Shown here: positions 28,458 to 37,918 of the stretch, in pieces | How the letters are laid out: every line of letters begins with the position of its first letter | Position numbering within the stretch: position 1 is the first letter of the stretch | NCBI GenBank assembly: GCA_015055535.1 | Contig: SVIA01000005.1 | Coordinates: 3,867-67,866 of the forward strand | Direction of reading: 5' to 3' | DNA: 64,000 nt | From: Clostridiales bacterium | GTDB lineage: Bacteria > Bacillota > Clostridia > Christensenellales > UBA1242 | The notes under the pieces: model-generated | Databases searched by the model: none | What the model was told of the DNA's origin: nothing | Seen by the model: the letters and a program-made list of their open reading frames with translations, nothing else | Translations under genes and position numbers: made by a program

Positions 28458-31400
28458 ATGAAAAATTTTAAAACAAAAAACATTTTTTTAACAACAATTA
28501 AAAATGTAATTATAGGTTTTATGTTGTTAATTGCATGTTTCTGTGGGGGAATTGTTTATAACAAAACAATTCAAAATAGAAAAAATACAATGCAAAATGT
28601 AATGGCAGCAGAAGCTTTGCCTGGCTATTTGCATAAAGATTGGTTTACTAAATTACAAACAGCTGCAAGCGAAAAAGGTGTTACTATTACTAAAGATTTA
28701 CCAACTTCAATTTATTTTACATCTATAGACCCAGAATATAATACATCAAGCGAAAATATAGTTGGTGTAAGTATTGGAAGTATTTTGGAAACAGATGGAA
28801 CTACTGAAACTTGTGGGGAAAAAGATTATACATCTGATTACAGCTCAACTACAAGTGATGTTATTTGTTATTTAGATACAGCTAGTTATGAAATAGTTAT
28901 TTTTTGTCCTGGAACAATTTTTGCTCCGACAGATAGTTCTGGTTTGTTTGAGAGTTTTACAAATTTAACAACCATAGAGTTTAACAGTGTGTTAGATACA
29001 AGTAAAGTTAGATTTATGGGGTTGGGAGATGATGAATCAGAAACTGGTTTTTCTTACGGTATGTTTCGTTTTAGCACGAGTTTAAAATCATTAGATTTAA
29101 GCGGTTTTGATACAGCTAATGTAACAAATATGAGTCATATGTTTGATCATTGTACTTCTTTAGAAACTATTACATTTGGCTCAGATTTTAATGTTTCAAA
29201 TGTAACAAATATGAGTCATATGTTTTATTATTGTACTTCTTTAGAAACTATTACATTTGGCTCAGATTTTAATGTTTCAAATGTAACAAATATGAGTCAT
29301 ATGTTTGATCATTGTACTTCTTTATTGGAATTAGATTTAACTGGCTTTCAAACATCTTCGTTAAAAAATCTAAATGCTATGTTTGCTAATTGTATTTCTT
29401 TAGAAACTGTTACTTTTGGTTCGAATTTTTATACTGGAATTGTGAAAAGTACAAATTATATGTTTTCGGATTGTAAAGCGTTAAAAAGTTTAGACTTAAG
29501 TATGTTTAGTTTATCATCTTTAACAAATATGGACTATATGTTTTATTCATGTACAAGTTTAGAAAGTTTAAATTTTCACGTAAATATTGGACAAAATCAA
29601 ATATCAGCGTTTTTTCCGTTTGGTGGAGGGATTAATAATTTAAAAGAATTTATTGTGCCTTATAGATACTGTAGAGCGGGATCAGGTGGTGCACCTTCAC
29701 TTACATTTGATTTACCAAGTAGTGGATCATGGTATGATGTAGACAGTAGTAATTTATCAGTTACAACGAGAGAAGCTATTACTACAATTAAGCCAGATGA
29801 ATATTCTTATTATATTGGGCTTGAAGCACCTACAATTTATGAGAATAGAGTGGCAGTTGGATATAATATTACACCAAATTTAAATGGTGGAACAGTAAAA
29901 GGAAATATGCCTATTCAATATTATTATTCAAAAGAAGATATTGTTACAACATTACCAATAGTAGAATATGATGACGCGTATAGCGCTAGATATGTTGTAA
30001 CAAGTAATAATGCAAGTATTACAGATAATTATGTGTTAACTATTCCAGCGGGTACTGCTTCAGAAATAACATTAGATATAATAACTGAAGAAAAAGAAAA
30101 TACTTCATATTTACATAAAGACTGGGCGACAAAACTTGGAATAACAAGATCAGAAATTACAAAAATTACATTTACAAATAAAACTGAGGATATTCCTTCT
30201 GGCATTACTGGGGTAAGCATAAGTAGTTCTTACGCTAATGAGGTTTGTGGTGTGACTGCATATGATGGTTATACATATGATGTTATAGGTTATGTAAATG
30301 GAACTGAAATAACAATTTTCTCTAAAGCTGAAAAAATTTATGCTCCAACAGATAGTACTAGTTTATTTGCTAGTTTTTCAAAATTAACAACTTTAGATTT
30401 TAATAACATGTTAGATACAAGTTTAGTTACAAATATGAACAAAATGTTCAATAACTGTTCAGCTTTAACTAGCATAGATGTAAGTTGCTTTGATACGTCT
30501 AATGTAACCATTATGAGCGGTGTATTCTTTTTATGTTCAAGTTTAATTAGTTTAGATTTAAGTAGTTGGGATGTAAGCTCCGTTACAATGTTTAGTGGTG
30601 GTGGAAATAACCCTCCATTTATGATGGGTAGTAATGCTTTAAAAGAAATTTACGCACCTTATAATATACCAGACGGGCTTGGAGTTACTATACAAGGTGT
30701 AGGTGGTAATACTTGGTATGAAGCAACAGGCATTAATTCAACCACTACTTTAGGTACTGCGGTAACTGATATTACAAATGCAAACTGTTCTACAAGTACA
30801 AGTGTTAAACGCTATGCTGTAGCTTATAGCATAACAAACTCAACAGATAGTAGTGTAAGATATTATTTTTATAGTGGCGAAAAAGACTTTGAGGTTCAAT
30901 TACCTTATTCTACTGATGAAACAAACACAACAGTTTATACAATTACAACAGCTCCAAGTATTGGAAATGCTGAAGTTACTAATTTTAACAAATTATTAAT
31001 AAGTAAAAATACTTATGGAAATATTGTTTTATCATCATCAGATATTATAGCAGAACAAGCTGGTTATTTGCATAAAGATTGGGCAACTAAATTTGGAATA
31101 TCAAAATCAAAAATTACTAAATTTACATTTACTGATGTTGCTCCTGCTGTATTTGATTCTCGAGCAAGCATTGGTAGTATACCAACAACCACAACCGCAG
31201 AAGATGGTTCTATAGTTACAACGTGTGGAACAGCAGATTATGATAATTTAAGTTGTTATGATGTTATAGGTTATTTAAATGGTACTGAGTTTATAATTTA
31301 TTGTCCTTATAAAATTTATGCCCCAACGGATTGTTCTAACTTGTTTTCACAAACTTATGCTACACAAATTGAATTTAACGATTTATTTGATACAAGCAAA

Positions 31401-34400
31401 GTTACAAATATGTATCAGATGTTTGGGAATTTAAATGTAATAAGTAAGTTTACAAGTTTAGATTTATCTGGTTTTGATACAAGTAATGTAACAAATATGG
31501 CGGAAATGTTTTATTTTTGTTATTATTTAGAAAATATAACTTTTGGGGAAAATTTCGATACAAGCAGTGTAATAACTATAAATAAAATGTTTTCATACTG
31601 CCGTGCATTAAAAAATTTAGATTTAAGTGGATTTAATACAAATAGTGTAACGGATATTGATGGTATGTTTTCTTATTGCCAGTCATTAGCCACCTTAGAT
31701 TTATCTAGCTTTAACACTAGTAAAATTACAAAGATGACTAGTTTGTTTCAATATTGTTCAAGTTTAGAAAGTATAACTTTTGGAGAAAATTTCGATACCT
31801 CTAACGTGAAAGGTATGGGTTATCATTCGGACTGGACCCCTGAAGGTATGTTTTATAACTGTTCAAGCTTAACCGAATTAGATTTAAGCCATTTTAATAC
31901 AAGTAATGTAACAAATATGGCGCATATGTTCGATACTTGTTCAAGTTTGAAGAGTATAATTTTTGGAGAAAATTTTGTTACTACAAACGTAACGGATGTG
32001 ACAAATATGTTTCTTTATTGTAAAGAACTAACAACATTAGACCTAAGTGGTTTTGATCTTGGCGGTGTAGGTACAAGTTCCTCAAACATGCTTTTTGGGT
32101 GCACTAATTTAAAAGAATTTTATGCTCCTTACAATGTGAAGGAGACTTTAAGTATGTCTTATGCAGGTAATGGCAATTGGTACTATTATATTGGAAATGA
32201 TTATACATCTATACTTAATTTAGTGGTAAAACAAATAGATGCAAATACTTGTTCAACAAGCACAAGTGCTAAACGCTTTACGTCAGCTTATAGTATTACA
32301 AATGAAACAACAGGTGAAGTTGTCTATTACCTATTTAATAGTTCAAAAGAAATTAAAGTAAATTTGCCTGGTTTAACAGCTTATAAAATTTCTTCTTCTC
32401 CAACAGGTGGAAGTGCTGAAATAGAAAATTTAACAACTTTAGTTTTATCACCAAACACTTATGGAGACATTGTTATTTATTCTACTGAAACCGAAGTTGA
32501 ACAAGCTGGTTATTTGCATAGAGACTGGGCTACAAAACTTGGAATAACAAAACCAGAAATTACAAAAATTACATTTACTAACCAAAAACCTAGCACATAC
32601 AACACTAAAGCAAGTGTAGGTAGTTGTGTAGTGTCTAAAACATATCCAGATGGACGTCCCTATACTACTTGGGGGCATGATGACTATGATGGAATGAGTT
32701 GTTATGATGTTACAGGTTATGTAATAAATACTGAAATTGTAATATATTGTCCTTATAAAATTCATGCTCCAAGATCTTGTATGTATTTGTTTGGTGAAAG
32801 TGATTCTAAGTTGAGTGGATTTACATCTTTAACAACTATAGAATTTAACGATTGTTTTGATATTTCTAAAACACATGATTTACAAAGAATGTTTGATGGT
32901 TGTTCTAGTTTAAAAAGCTTAGATTTATCTAGCTTTGGGGAAAACCAGGCATTTAATATGGACGGAATGTTTGAAGGTTGTTCAAGTTTAGAAAGTATAA
33001 ATTTAAATAATTTAGATACAAGTTCAGTAACACTTATGAGATATATGTTTAAAGACTGTGATAATTTAAAAAATATAATCTTTGGTGAAAATTTTGATAC
33101 AAGCAATGTGACAGACATGCAACTCATGTTTTATAATTGTCCAAAATTAACAAATATATCATTTGGTGAAAAATTTAATACTAGTGCAGTAACAAACATG
33201 TGTGCTATGTTTTACGGTTGCGAAAGTTTAACCGATATATCGTTTGTTAATAATTTTGATACAAGTAGTGTAACTGATATGAGGTCAATGTTTGCTGGAT
33301 GTAATGGGTTAGAAAATATTGATTTAATTAATTTCGATACAAGCAATGTAGAAGAGATGACTTATATGTTTGCTTATTGTGAAAATTTAAAAAGTATAAC
33401 TTTTGGTGAAAAATTTAATTCAAACAAAGTATTAAGTATATCACAAATGTTTGATGAATGCGTAAGTTTAACTTCTGTTACATTTAGCGAAAATTTTAAA
33501 GCAAAAAGTGTAACAGATGCAAGCGATATGTTTAATAATTGCAAAAGTTTAATTGAGTTAGATTTAAGCATGTTTGAAACAGAAAGTTTAATAGATATGG
33601 ATTATATGTTTGATCATTGTTTTAATTTAAAAGTTCTTGATATTAGCAACTTTATTACGTCAAACGTAACAAGTATGTCAGCCACTTTCCAGTATTGTTT
33701 TAGTATTGTTTCATTAGACTTTAGTAACTTTGACCTTAGTAAATGTAATGATCTTGATAGTAATTTTCCACATTTGCCGCGTTTAAAAGAATTTTATGCT
33801 CCATATAAAATAAAAGATGAAATAAATTTAGAGAGGTTTAGTGATTGGTATAAAGAAGTAGATGGTTATATATCTACCGCAGATAAAGTTACTGCTATTA
33901 CTTCAGAAAATTGTTCAACACAAGATTATGCTCAAAGATATTTAGCTGGTCTTCCTGTTGTATATAAAGACAAAGGTGGTTTAGATTTTACTGGAACATT
34001 TGATATTGAAAATTTTGTTCAAGTACAATTATATAACAAAGAAATAACATTAAAAGAACCAACAAAAGAAAAATATATTTTTGAAGGTTGGTATTTAGAT
34101 AGTGAATGTACAAACAAAGTTACAACACTACCAGGATTAACAACTGATAATTTTGAATCTACAACACTTTATGCAAATTATATAAGAAATTCTTATACTG
34201 TAACATGGAAAAATTTAGATGGAAAAGTTTTAGAAATAGATGAAAACGTTGAATACTTAGAAATGCCAACATTTGATTCAAACAATCCTACAATGGCTAG
34301 TGATGCAAAATATTCATATGTGTTTAATGGCTGGACACCAGAAATTGTTCCAGTGACAAATGATGTAGTGTATACGGCTAAATATTTAAAAACACTAAGA

Positions 34401-37400
34401 ACATATACTGTATTTTTCTATATGGCAGAATCATCTGAATTTGATGGAGTACCAACTTGGCCGCATGGTTATATAACTTTCCGCAGTTTAACAGTATTTT
34501 ATGGAACTAAAATTTATATAGAAGATGATGTTTTGTTGGTGGATGCTGATACTCCAGTTAGTGTAACTATTAATCTTCCTGAAGATAACGCACAATATAT
34601 ATATACTTTTGATTATTGGACAGTTTCTGATGGTTATACTATTGTAGGTGATATTGAAATTTTTGGAGTTTATACAAAAGAAGTTAATACTTATTCTATT
34701 AACTTTGAAGTAAACAATAGTGAATATGGTACTGTTTCTCAAAGCATTTTAGAAAATGTACCTTATGGAACAACACTAACTGTAAACGAAAATGAAGTTG
34801 TAGTAAACTTAGATACTCCTGTTACTATTACAGCAAATGTAGTAGAAGCAGATGGATTTATAACAACCTTTGTAGGGTTTGATATAGAAAGCACAGTAAC
34901 ATTAACATCAAATATGTTAGTTAAAGCAAATTTTGATAGAATTAAAGAGGGCTTTATTTTAACATTAGAAAAAGGAACGGGAATTAAAGAGGTAACTGGT
35001 GCAGGCACTTATGCTTATAATGCAGAAGTGGTAATAGAAGCAAAAGTTTTAGAGGGCTACACTTGGTATGGCTGGAGTGGAGACATAACAGAAAGTAATA
35101 AAACCTACACCTTTACAATGCCTGCAAACAATGTAACTCTTACAGCTATAGCTACAGCAAACACAGATACACAATATACAGTTATACATTATCAAGAAAA
35201 TTTAAGTGGAAATTACGAGGTAAAAGAAACTGAGATATTAACTGGTACAACAGATAGTGAAATATTCGCTAGTGTTAAAACATATACAGGCTTTACATTT
35301 GATGAAGATAACGAAAACAATATTAAATCTGGAACAATTTTAGCTGATAATAGTTTAGTTTTAAAATTATATTATTCTAGAAATACTTATACAATTACAT
35401 GGTTAGATGAAGATGGAAAAGAGCTTGAAAAAGATGAATCTGTATACTATGGTGCTACTCCTAGTTTTGATTCGGCTGCTCCAACAAAAGAATCTACAAC
35501 AGAAAATACATTCTCTTTTATAGGATTTAGAAAAGAAAATGAAACAGAAGTAACTAACTTAGAATTAGTAACACAAAATATGACTTATATTGCTGTATTT
35601 ATTGCAAATGTAAGGTCTTATGTTGTTAATATTACAGCAGCCGATAGTTTTGGTTATGTAAACACAAACATTGTGCCAAATGTGCCATACGGAACAGTAT
35701 TAAGTGTTACTAACAATATAATTAATGTTAATAATACAATAGTTATTGCAAGTTCAAAAAATAAAGATGCTCAATTTACATATTTATTTGATTCTTTCAG
35801 TATTAATGATGGTTATGTCGTTACTGGTGATACAAATATACAAGCAAACTTTAAAGCTGTTACAAATACTTATACTATAAATTTAGCAGTTAATAATGAT
35901 AGATTTGGTAGTATTTCAAACAATCAAGTATTAAATGTACCATATGGAACAAAAATATTAATTAATGAAAATACTTTAGTTATTACAGATACAACAATAA
36001 TAGCAACACCAATGCAAGAAAATGAACAATATATATATTCATTTGATTCATTTAGTGTGGTTAATGAATATGAAATAACTAGTAATACAACAGTTACCGC
36101 TAACTTTACACGAGTTGTTAAAAATTATACAGTAACATTTAATGTAGATGATGTAAACTTGGGTACAGTTTCTAAAGATTATGTAAGTGTACCATATGGA
36201 ACGCAAATAAGTATTAATGAAAACAAAATTACATTTAACACAGAAACTCAAATAGTAGTAACAGCAGATACAAAAACTATTTCAGGTTACACAATTACAT
36301 TTAAAAATTTTGGAATAACCGATGGTGTTGTTACAAAAGATATTGTAATTACAGCAAATTTTGAATGTGTAAAAAATAAATATAAAGTACAATTAAACGT
36401 AGGTACTGGTATTGTTAGTGTAACTGGTGCTGGAACATATGAATTTGGTCAAACTGTTACAATTAGTGCAACGGTAGATGTTGGTTATGCATGGAACATG
36501 TGGAATGGAAGCTTTGAAGAAATTTCTCAAACATATTCGTTTGTTATGCCAGCAACAAATATAGCATTAACTGCAAATGCTGTTGTTAATACTGGAATAA
36601 AATATATTGTTGAACACTATCAAGAAGACTTAACTGGAGACTATGAATTAAAAGACGTAGAGAATTTACTTGGAGAAACAAATTCATTAGTTACAGCAAG
36701 TGCAAAAACATATATTGGCTTCACTTTTGATGAAGATAATGAAAGTAATGTTAAATCTGGTACTGTATTAGGAAACGGTAGTTTAGTGTTAAAATTATAT
36801 TATAACAGAAATAGATTTACTATTACTTGGAAAAACGAAAACGGAACTGTATTAAAAACAGATGAAAATATTCCATACGGACAAACACCAAGTTATACAG
36901 GTGAAACTTTAACAAAAGAAGCGACTTTACAATATAGTTATACTTTTGCAGGTTGGACACCTGAAATAGAAGTTGTTACAGAAGATGCCGAATATACAGC
37001 CGTATTTACAAGTGCTATTAATAAATACACTATAACTATAACTTATATGCTTAAAGATGAAATACTAAAAGAAGAAACAAAAATAGTAGATTACAATGAA
37101 GATTACACAATTTATACTTATGATAAAAATTATGTGGTTGACAAAGTAACTTTAAACAATGAAAAAGTTAACGATAATAATAGTGTAGTATTAGAAAATA
37201 TTTCAAGTGATAATAACGTTGTTATTTATTACAAAGAAATAGAAAAAATTAATCCGATAATATTAATAAGCATTATTGGCGGAGTTGTTCTTTTAGTTAA
37301 CATAATTGGTTTAAGTGTGATATTTAAACATAAAAAGAAAAGGGGATTAATAGAAAAAAGCAATGCTTTGATTATGAATAAAAACATGCAAAATCAAAGT

Positions 37401-37598
37401 GCAAATCAAAACATAAACGAAGTGAAAAAAATAGATACAACAAAACCTCAAACAAAAAAAGAGATGGATAGTACTATTTCTATAACTAAACCCATTAATT
37501 TACCTACTAAAAAAGTGGTTTCACCAATTAAAACACCAATAAAACCAAATGCTAATACTAAAGCTCCAATAAAACCAAATATAAAACCTAAAAATTAA
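28458..37598 (+). CDS. Giant (3046 aa) repeat surface protein: 4 supermodules of DUF285/26-residue-type LRR repeats, then Listeria-Bacteroides-type repeats, C-terminal TM anchor
   Basis: N-terminal signal/TM. Four blocks each open with GYLH(K/R)DWATKLGI..ITK(I/F)TFT (nt ~28622, 30106, 31062, 32508), followed by runs of FxxCxSLxxLDLSxF(D/N)TSNVTNMxxMF. From ~33960 come repeats such as YTVTWKNLDGKVL...F.GWTPEI. TM segment ILISIIGGVVLLVNIIGLSVIF with a Lys/Pro-rich tail. No LPXTG. Confidence 0.8.
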   Translation: MKNFKTKNIFLTTIKNVIIGFMLLIACFCGGIVYNKTIQNRKNTMQNVMAAEALPGYLHKDWFTKLQTAASEKGVTITKDLPTSIYFTSIDPEYNTSSENIVGVSIGSILETDGTTETCGEKDYTSDYSSTTSDVICYLDTASYEIVIFCPGTIFAPTDSSGLFESFTNLTTIEFNSVLDTSKVRFMGLGDDESETGFSYGMFRFSTSLKSLDLSGFDTANVTNMSHMFDHCTSLETITFGSDFNVSNVTNMSHMFYYCTSLETITFGSDFNVSNVTNMSHMFDHCTSLLELDLTGFQTSSLKNLNAMFANCISLETVTFGSNFYTGIVKSTNYMFSDCKALKSLDLSMFSLSSLTNMDYMFYSCTSLESLNFHVNIGQNQISAFFPFGGGINNLKEFIVPYRYCRAGSGGAPSLTFDLPSSGSWYDVDSSNLSVTTREAITTIKPDEYSYYIGLEAPTIYENRVAVGYNITPNLNGGTVKGNMPIQYYYSKEDIVTTLPIVEYDDAYSARYVVTSNNASITDNYVLTIPAGTASEITLDIITEEKENTSYLHKDWATKLGITRSEITKITFTNKTEDIPSGITGVSISSSYANEVCGVTAYDGYTYDVIGYVNGTEITIFSKAEKIYAPTDSTSLFASFSKLTTLDFNNMLDTSLVTNMNKMFNNCSALTSIDVSCFDTSNVTIMSGVFFLCSSLISLDLSSWDVSSVTMFSGGGNNPPFMMGSNALKEIYAPYNIPDGLGVTIQGVGGNTWYEATGINSTTTLGTAVTDITNANCSTSTSVKRYAVAYSITNSTDSSVRYYFYSGEKDFEVQLPYSTDETNTTVYTITTAPSIGNAEVTNFNKLLISKNTYGNIVLSSSDIIAEQAGYLHKDWATKFGISKSKITKFTFTDVAPAVFDSRASIGSIPTTTTAEDGSIVTTCGTADYDNLSCYDVIGYLNGTEFIIYCPYKIYAPTDCSNLFSQTYATQIEFNDLFDTSKVTNMYQMFGNLNVISKFTSLDLSGFDTSNVTNMAEMFYFCYYLENITFGENFDTSSVITINKMFSYCRALKNLDLSGFNTNSVTDIDGMFSYCQSLATLDLSSFNTSKITKMTSLFQYCSSLESITFGENFDTSNVKGMGYHSDWTPEGMFYNCSSLTELDLSHFNTSNVTNMAHMFDTCSSLKSIIFGENFVTTNVTDVTNMFLYCKELTTLDLSGFDLGGVGTSSSNMLFGCTNLKEFYAPYNVKETLSMSYAGNGNWYYYIGNDYTSILNLVVKQIDANTCSTSTSAKRFTSAYSITNETTGEVVYYLFNSSKEIKVNLPGLTAYKISSSPTGGSAEIENLTTLVLSPNTYGDIVIYSTETEVEQAGYLHRDWATKLGITKPEITKITFTNQKPSTYNTKASVGSCVVSKTYPDGRPYTTWGHDDYDGMSCYDVTGYVINTEIVIYCPYKIHAPRSCMYLFGESDSKLSGFTSLTTIEFNDCFDISKTHDLQRMFDGCSSLKSLDLSSFGENQAFNMDGMFEGCSSLESINLNNLDTSSVTLMRYMFKDCDNLKNIIFGENFDTSNVTDMQLMFYNCPKLTNISFGEKFNTSAVTNMCAMFYGCESLTDISFVNNFDTSSVTDMRSMFAGCNGLENIDLINFDTSNVEEMTYMFAYCENLKSITFGEKFNSNKVLSISQMFDECVSLTSVTFSENFKAKSVTDASDMFNNCKSLIELDLSMFETESLIDMDYMFDHCFNLKVLDISNFITSNVTSMSATFQYCFSIVSLDFSNFDLSKCNDLDSNFPHLPRLKEFYAPYKIKDEINLERFSDWYKEVDGYISTADKVTAITSENCSTQDYAQRYLAGLPVVYKDKGGLDFTGTFDIENFVQVQLYNKEITLKEPTKEKYIFEGWYLDSECTNKVTTLPGLTTDNFESTTLYANYIRNSYTVTWKNLDGKVLEIDENVEYLEMPTFDSNNPTMASDAKYSYVFNGWTPEIVPVTNDVVYTAKYLKTLRTYTVFFYMAESSEFDGVPTWPHGYITFRSLTVFYGTKIYIEDDVLLVDADTPVSVTINLPEDNAQYIYTFDYWTVSDGYTIVGDIEIFGVYTKEVNTYSINFEVNNSEYGTVSQSILENVPYGTTLTVNENEVVVNLDTPVTITANVVEADGFITTFVGFDIESTVTLTSNMLVKANFDRIKEGFILTLEKGTGIKEVTGAGTYAYNAEVVIEAKVLEGYTWYGWSGDITESNKTYTFTMPANNVTLTAIATANTDTQYTVIHYQENLSGNYEVKETEILTGTTDSEIFASVKTYTGFTFDEDNENNIKSGTILADNSLVLKLYYSRNTYTITWLDEDGKELEKDESVYYGATPSFDSAAPTKESTTENTFSFIGFRKENETEVTNLELVTQNMTYIAVFIANVRSYVVNITAADSFGYVNTNIVPNVPYGTVLSVTNNIINVNNTIVIASSKNKDAQFTYLFDSFSINDGYVVTGDTNIQANFKAVTNTYTINLAVNNDRFGSISNNQVLNVPYGTKILINENTLVITDTTIIATPMQENEQYIYSFDSFSVVNEYEITSNTTVTANFTRVVKNYTVTFNVDDVNLGTVSKDYVSVPYGTQISINENKITFNTETQIVVTADTKTISGYTITFKNFGITDGVVTKDIVITANFECVKNKYKVQLNVGTGIVSVTGAGTYEFGQTVTISATVDVGYAWNMWNGSFEEISQTYSFVMPATNIALTANAVVNTGIKYIVEHYQEDLTGDYELKDVENLLGETNSLVTASAKTYIGFTFDEDNESNVKSGTVLGNGSLVLKLYYNRNRFTITWKNENGTVLKTDENIPYGQTPSYTGETLTKEATLQYSYTFAGWTPEIEVVTEDAEYTAVFTSAINKYTITITYMLKDEILKEETKIVDYNEDYTIYTYDKNYVVDKVTLNNEKVNDNNSVVLENISSDNNVVIYYKEIEKINPIILISIIGGVVLLVNIIGLSVIFKHKKKRGLIEKSNALIMNKNMQNQSANQNINEVKKIDTTKPQTKKEMDSTISITKPINLPTKKVVSPIKTPIKPNANTKAPIKPNIKPKN
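29118..29325 (+). repeat. Near-perfect 81-bp in-frame tandem repeat (about 2.6 copies)
   Basis: Copies start at 29118, 29199 and 29280 (27-aa unit NVTNMSHMF(DH/YY)CTSLETITFGSDFNVS). The only difference seen between full copies is gatcat versus tattat. Confidence 0.9.
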
Positions 37599-37601
37599 TT
37601 A

Positions 37602-37633
37602 AAGCACCCGCATATTTTAGCGGGTGCTTTTTT
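37602..37633 (+). terminator. Intrinsic terminator of the giant gene
   Basis: AAGCACCCGC/GCGGGTGCTT stem followed by a T-run. Confidence 0.85.
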
Positions 37634-37689
37634 ATAATATTTATTCTATATTATTGTCATTTTTTTACATAATTTAATATTAACCAAAC

Positions 37690-37709
37690 AAAAAAGTGGC
37701 TAAGCCACT
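37690..37709 (-). terminator. Intrinsic terminator directly after tRNA-Glu
   Basis: On the minus strand, an AAGTGGC-TTA-GCCACTT hairpin followed by T6. Confidence 0.65.
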
Positions 37710-37784
37710 TGGTACTCCCAAGGGGAATCGAACCCCTGATACCACCGTGAGAGGGTGGTGTCTTAACCGCTTGACCATGGGAGC
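37710..37784 (-). tRNA. tRNA-Glu (anticodon CTC)
   Basis: D arm GGTCAAGCGGTTAAGAC is typical of Glu. Anticodon arm CCACC-CTCTCAC-GGTGG, G1:U72 wobble, CCA encoded. Confidence 0.85.
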
Positions 37785-37881
37785 ATGAAATAATTATATA
37801 ATAAAAATTTTTAAAATGCAATAAATTGTTAAAAATATTACAATTTTTATTTTCTTAAATTAGTTTTAAAGGCAAATATAA

Positions 37882-37910
37882 TTGAAAATTCTACATTTTT
37901 TTGTTATAAT
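37882..37910 (+). promoter_or_regulatory. Promoter of comEC (ATG only 8 nt after the -10 hexamer)
   Basis: TTGAAA (37882-87), 17 nt, TATAAT (37905-10). No SD before the ATG at 37919. Confidence 0.6.
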
Positions 37911-37918
37911 TTGTTTAA

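Noticed and set aside
29118-29325. Regularly spaced repeats as a possible CRISPR array
   Set aside because: The repeats are contiguous with no spacers, in frame within a 9-kb ORF, and encode LRR units. This is not a CRISPR.
30029-36251. Multiple 60-120-aa antisense ORFs inside the giant surface protein gene (and similar ones inside other long genes)
   Set aside because: No RBS, odd composition, and fully nested in a long well-supported ORF.
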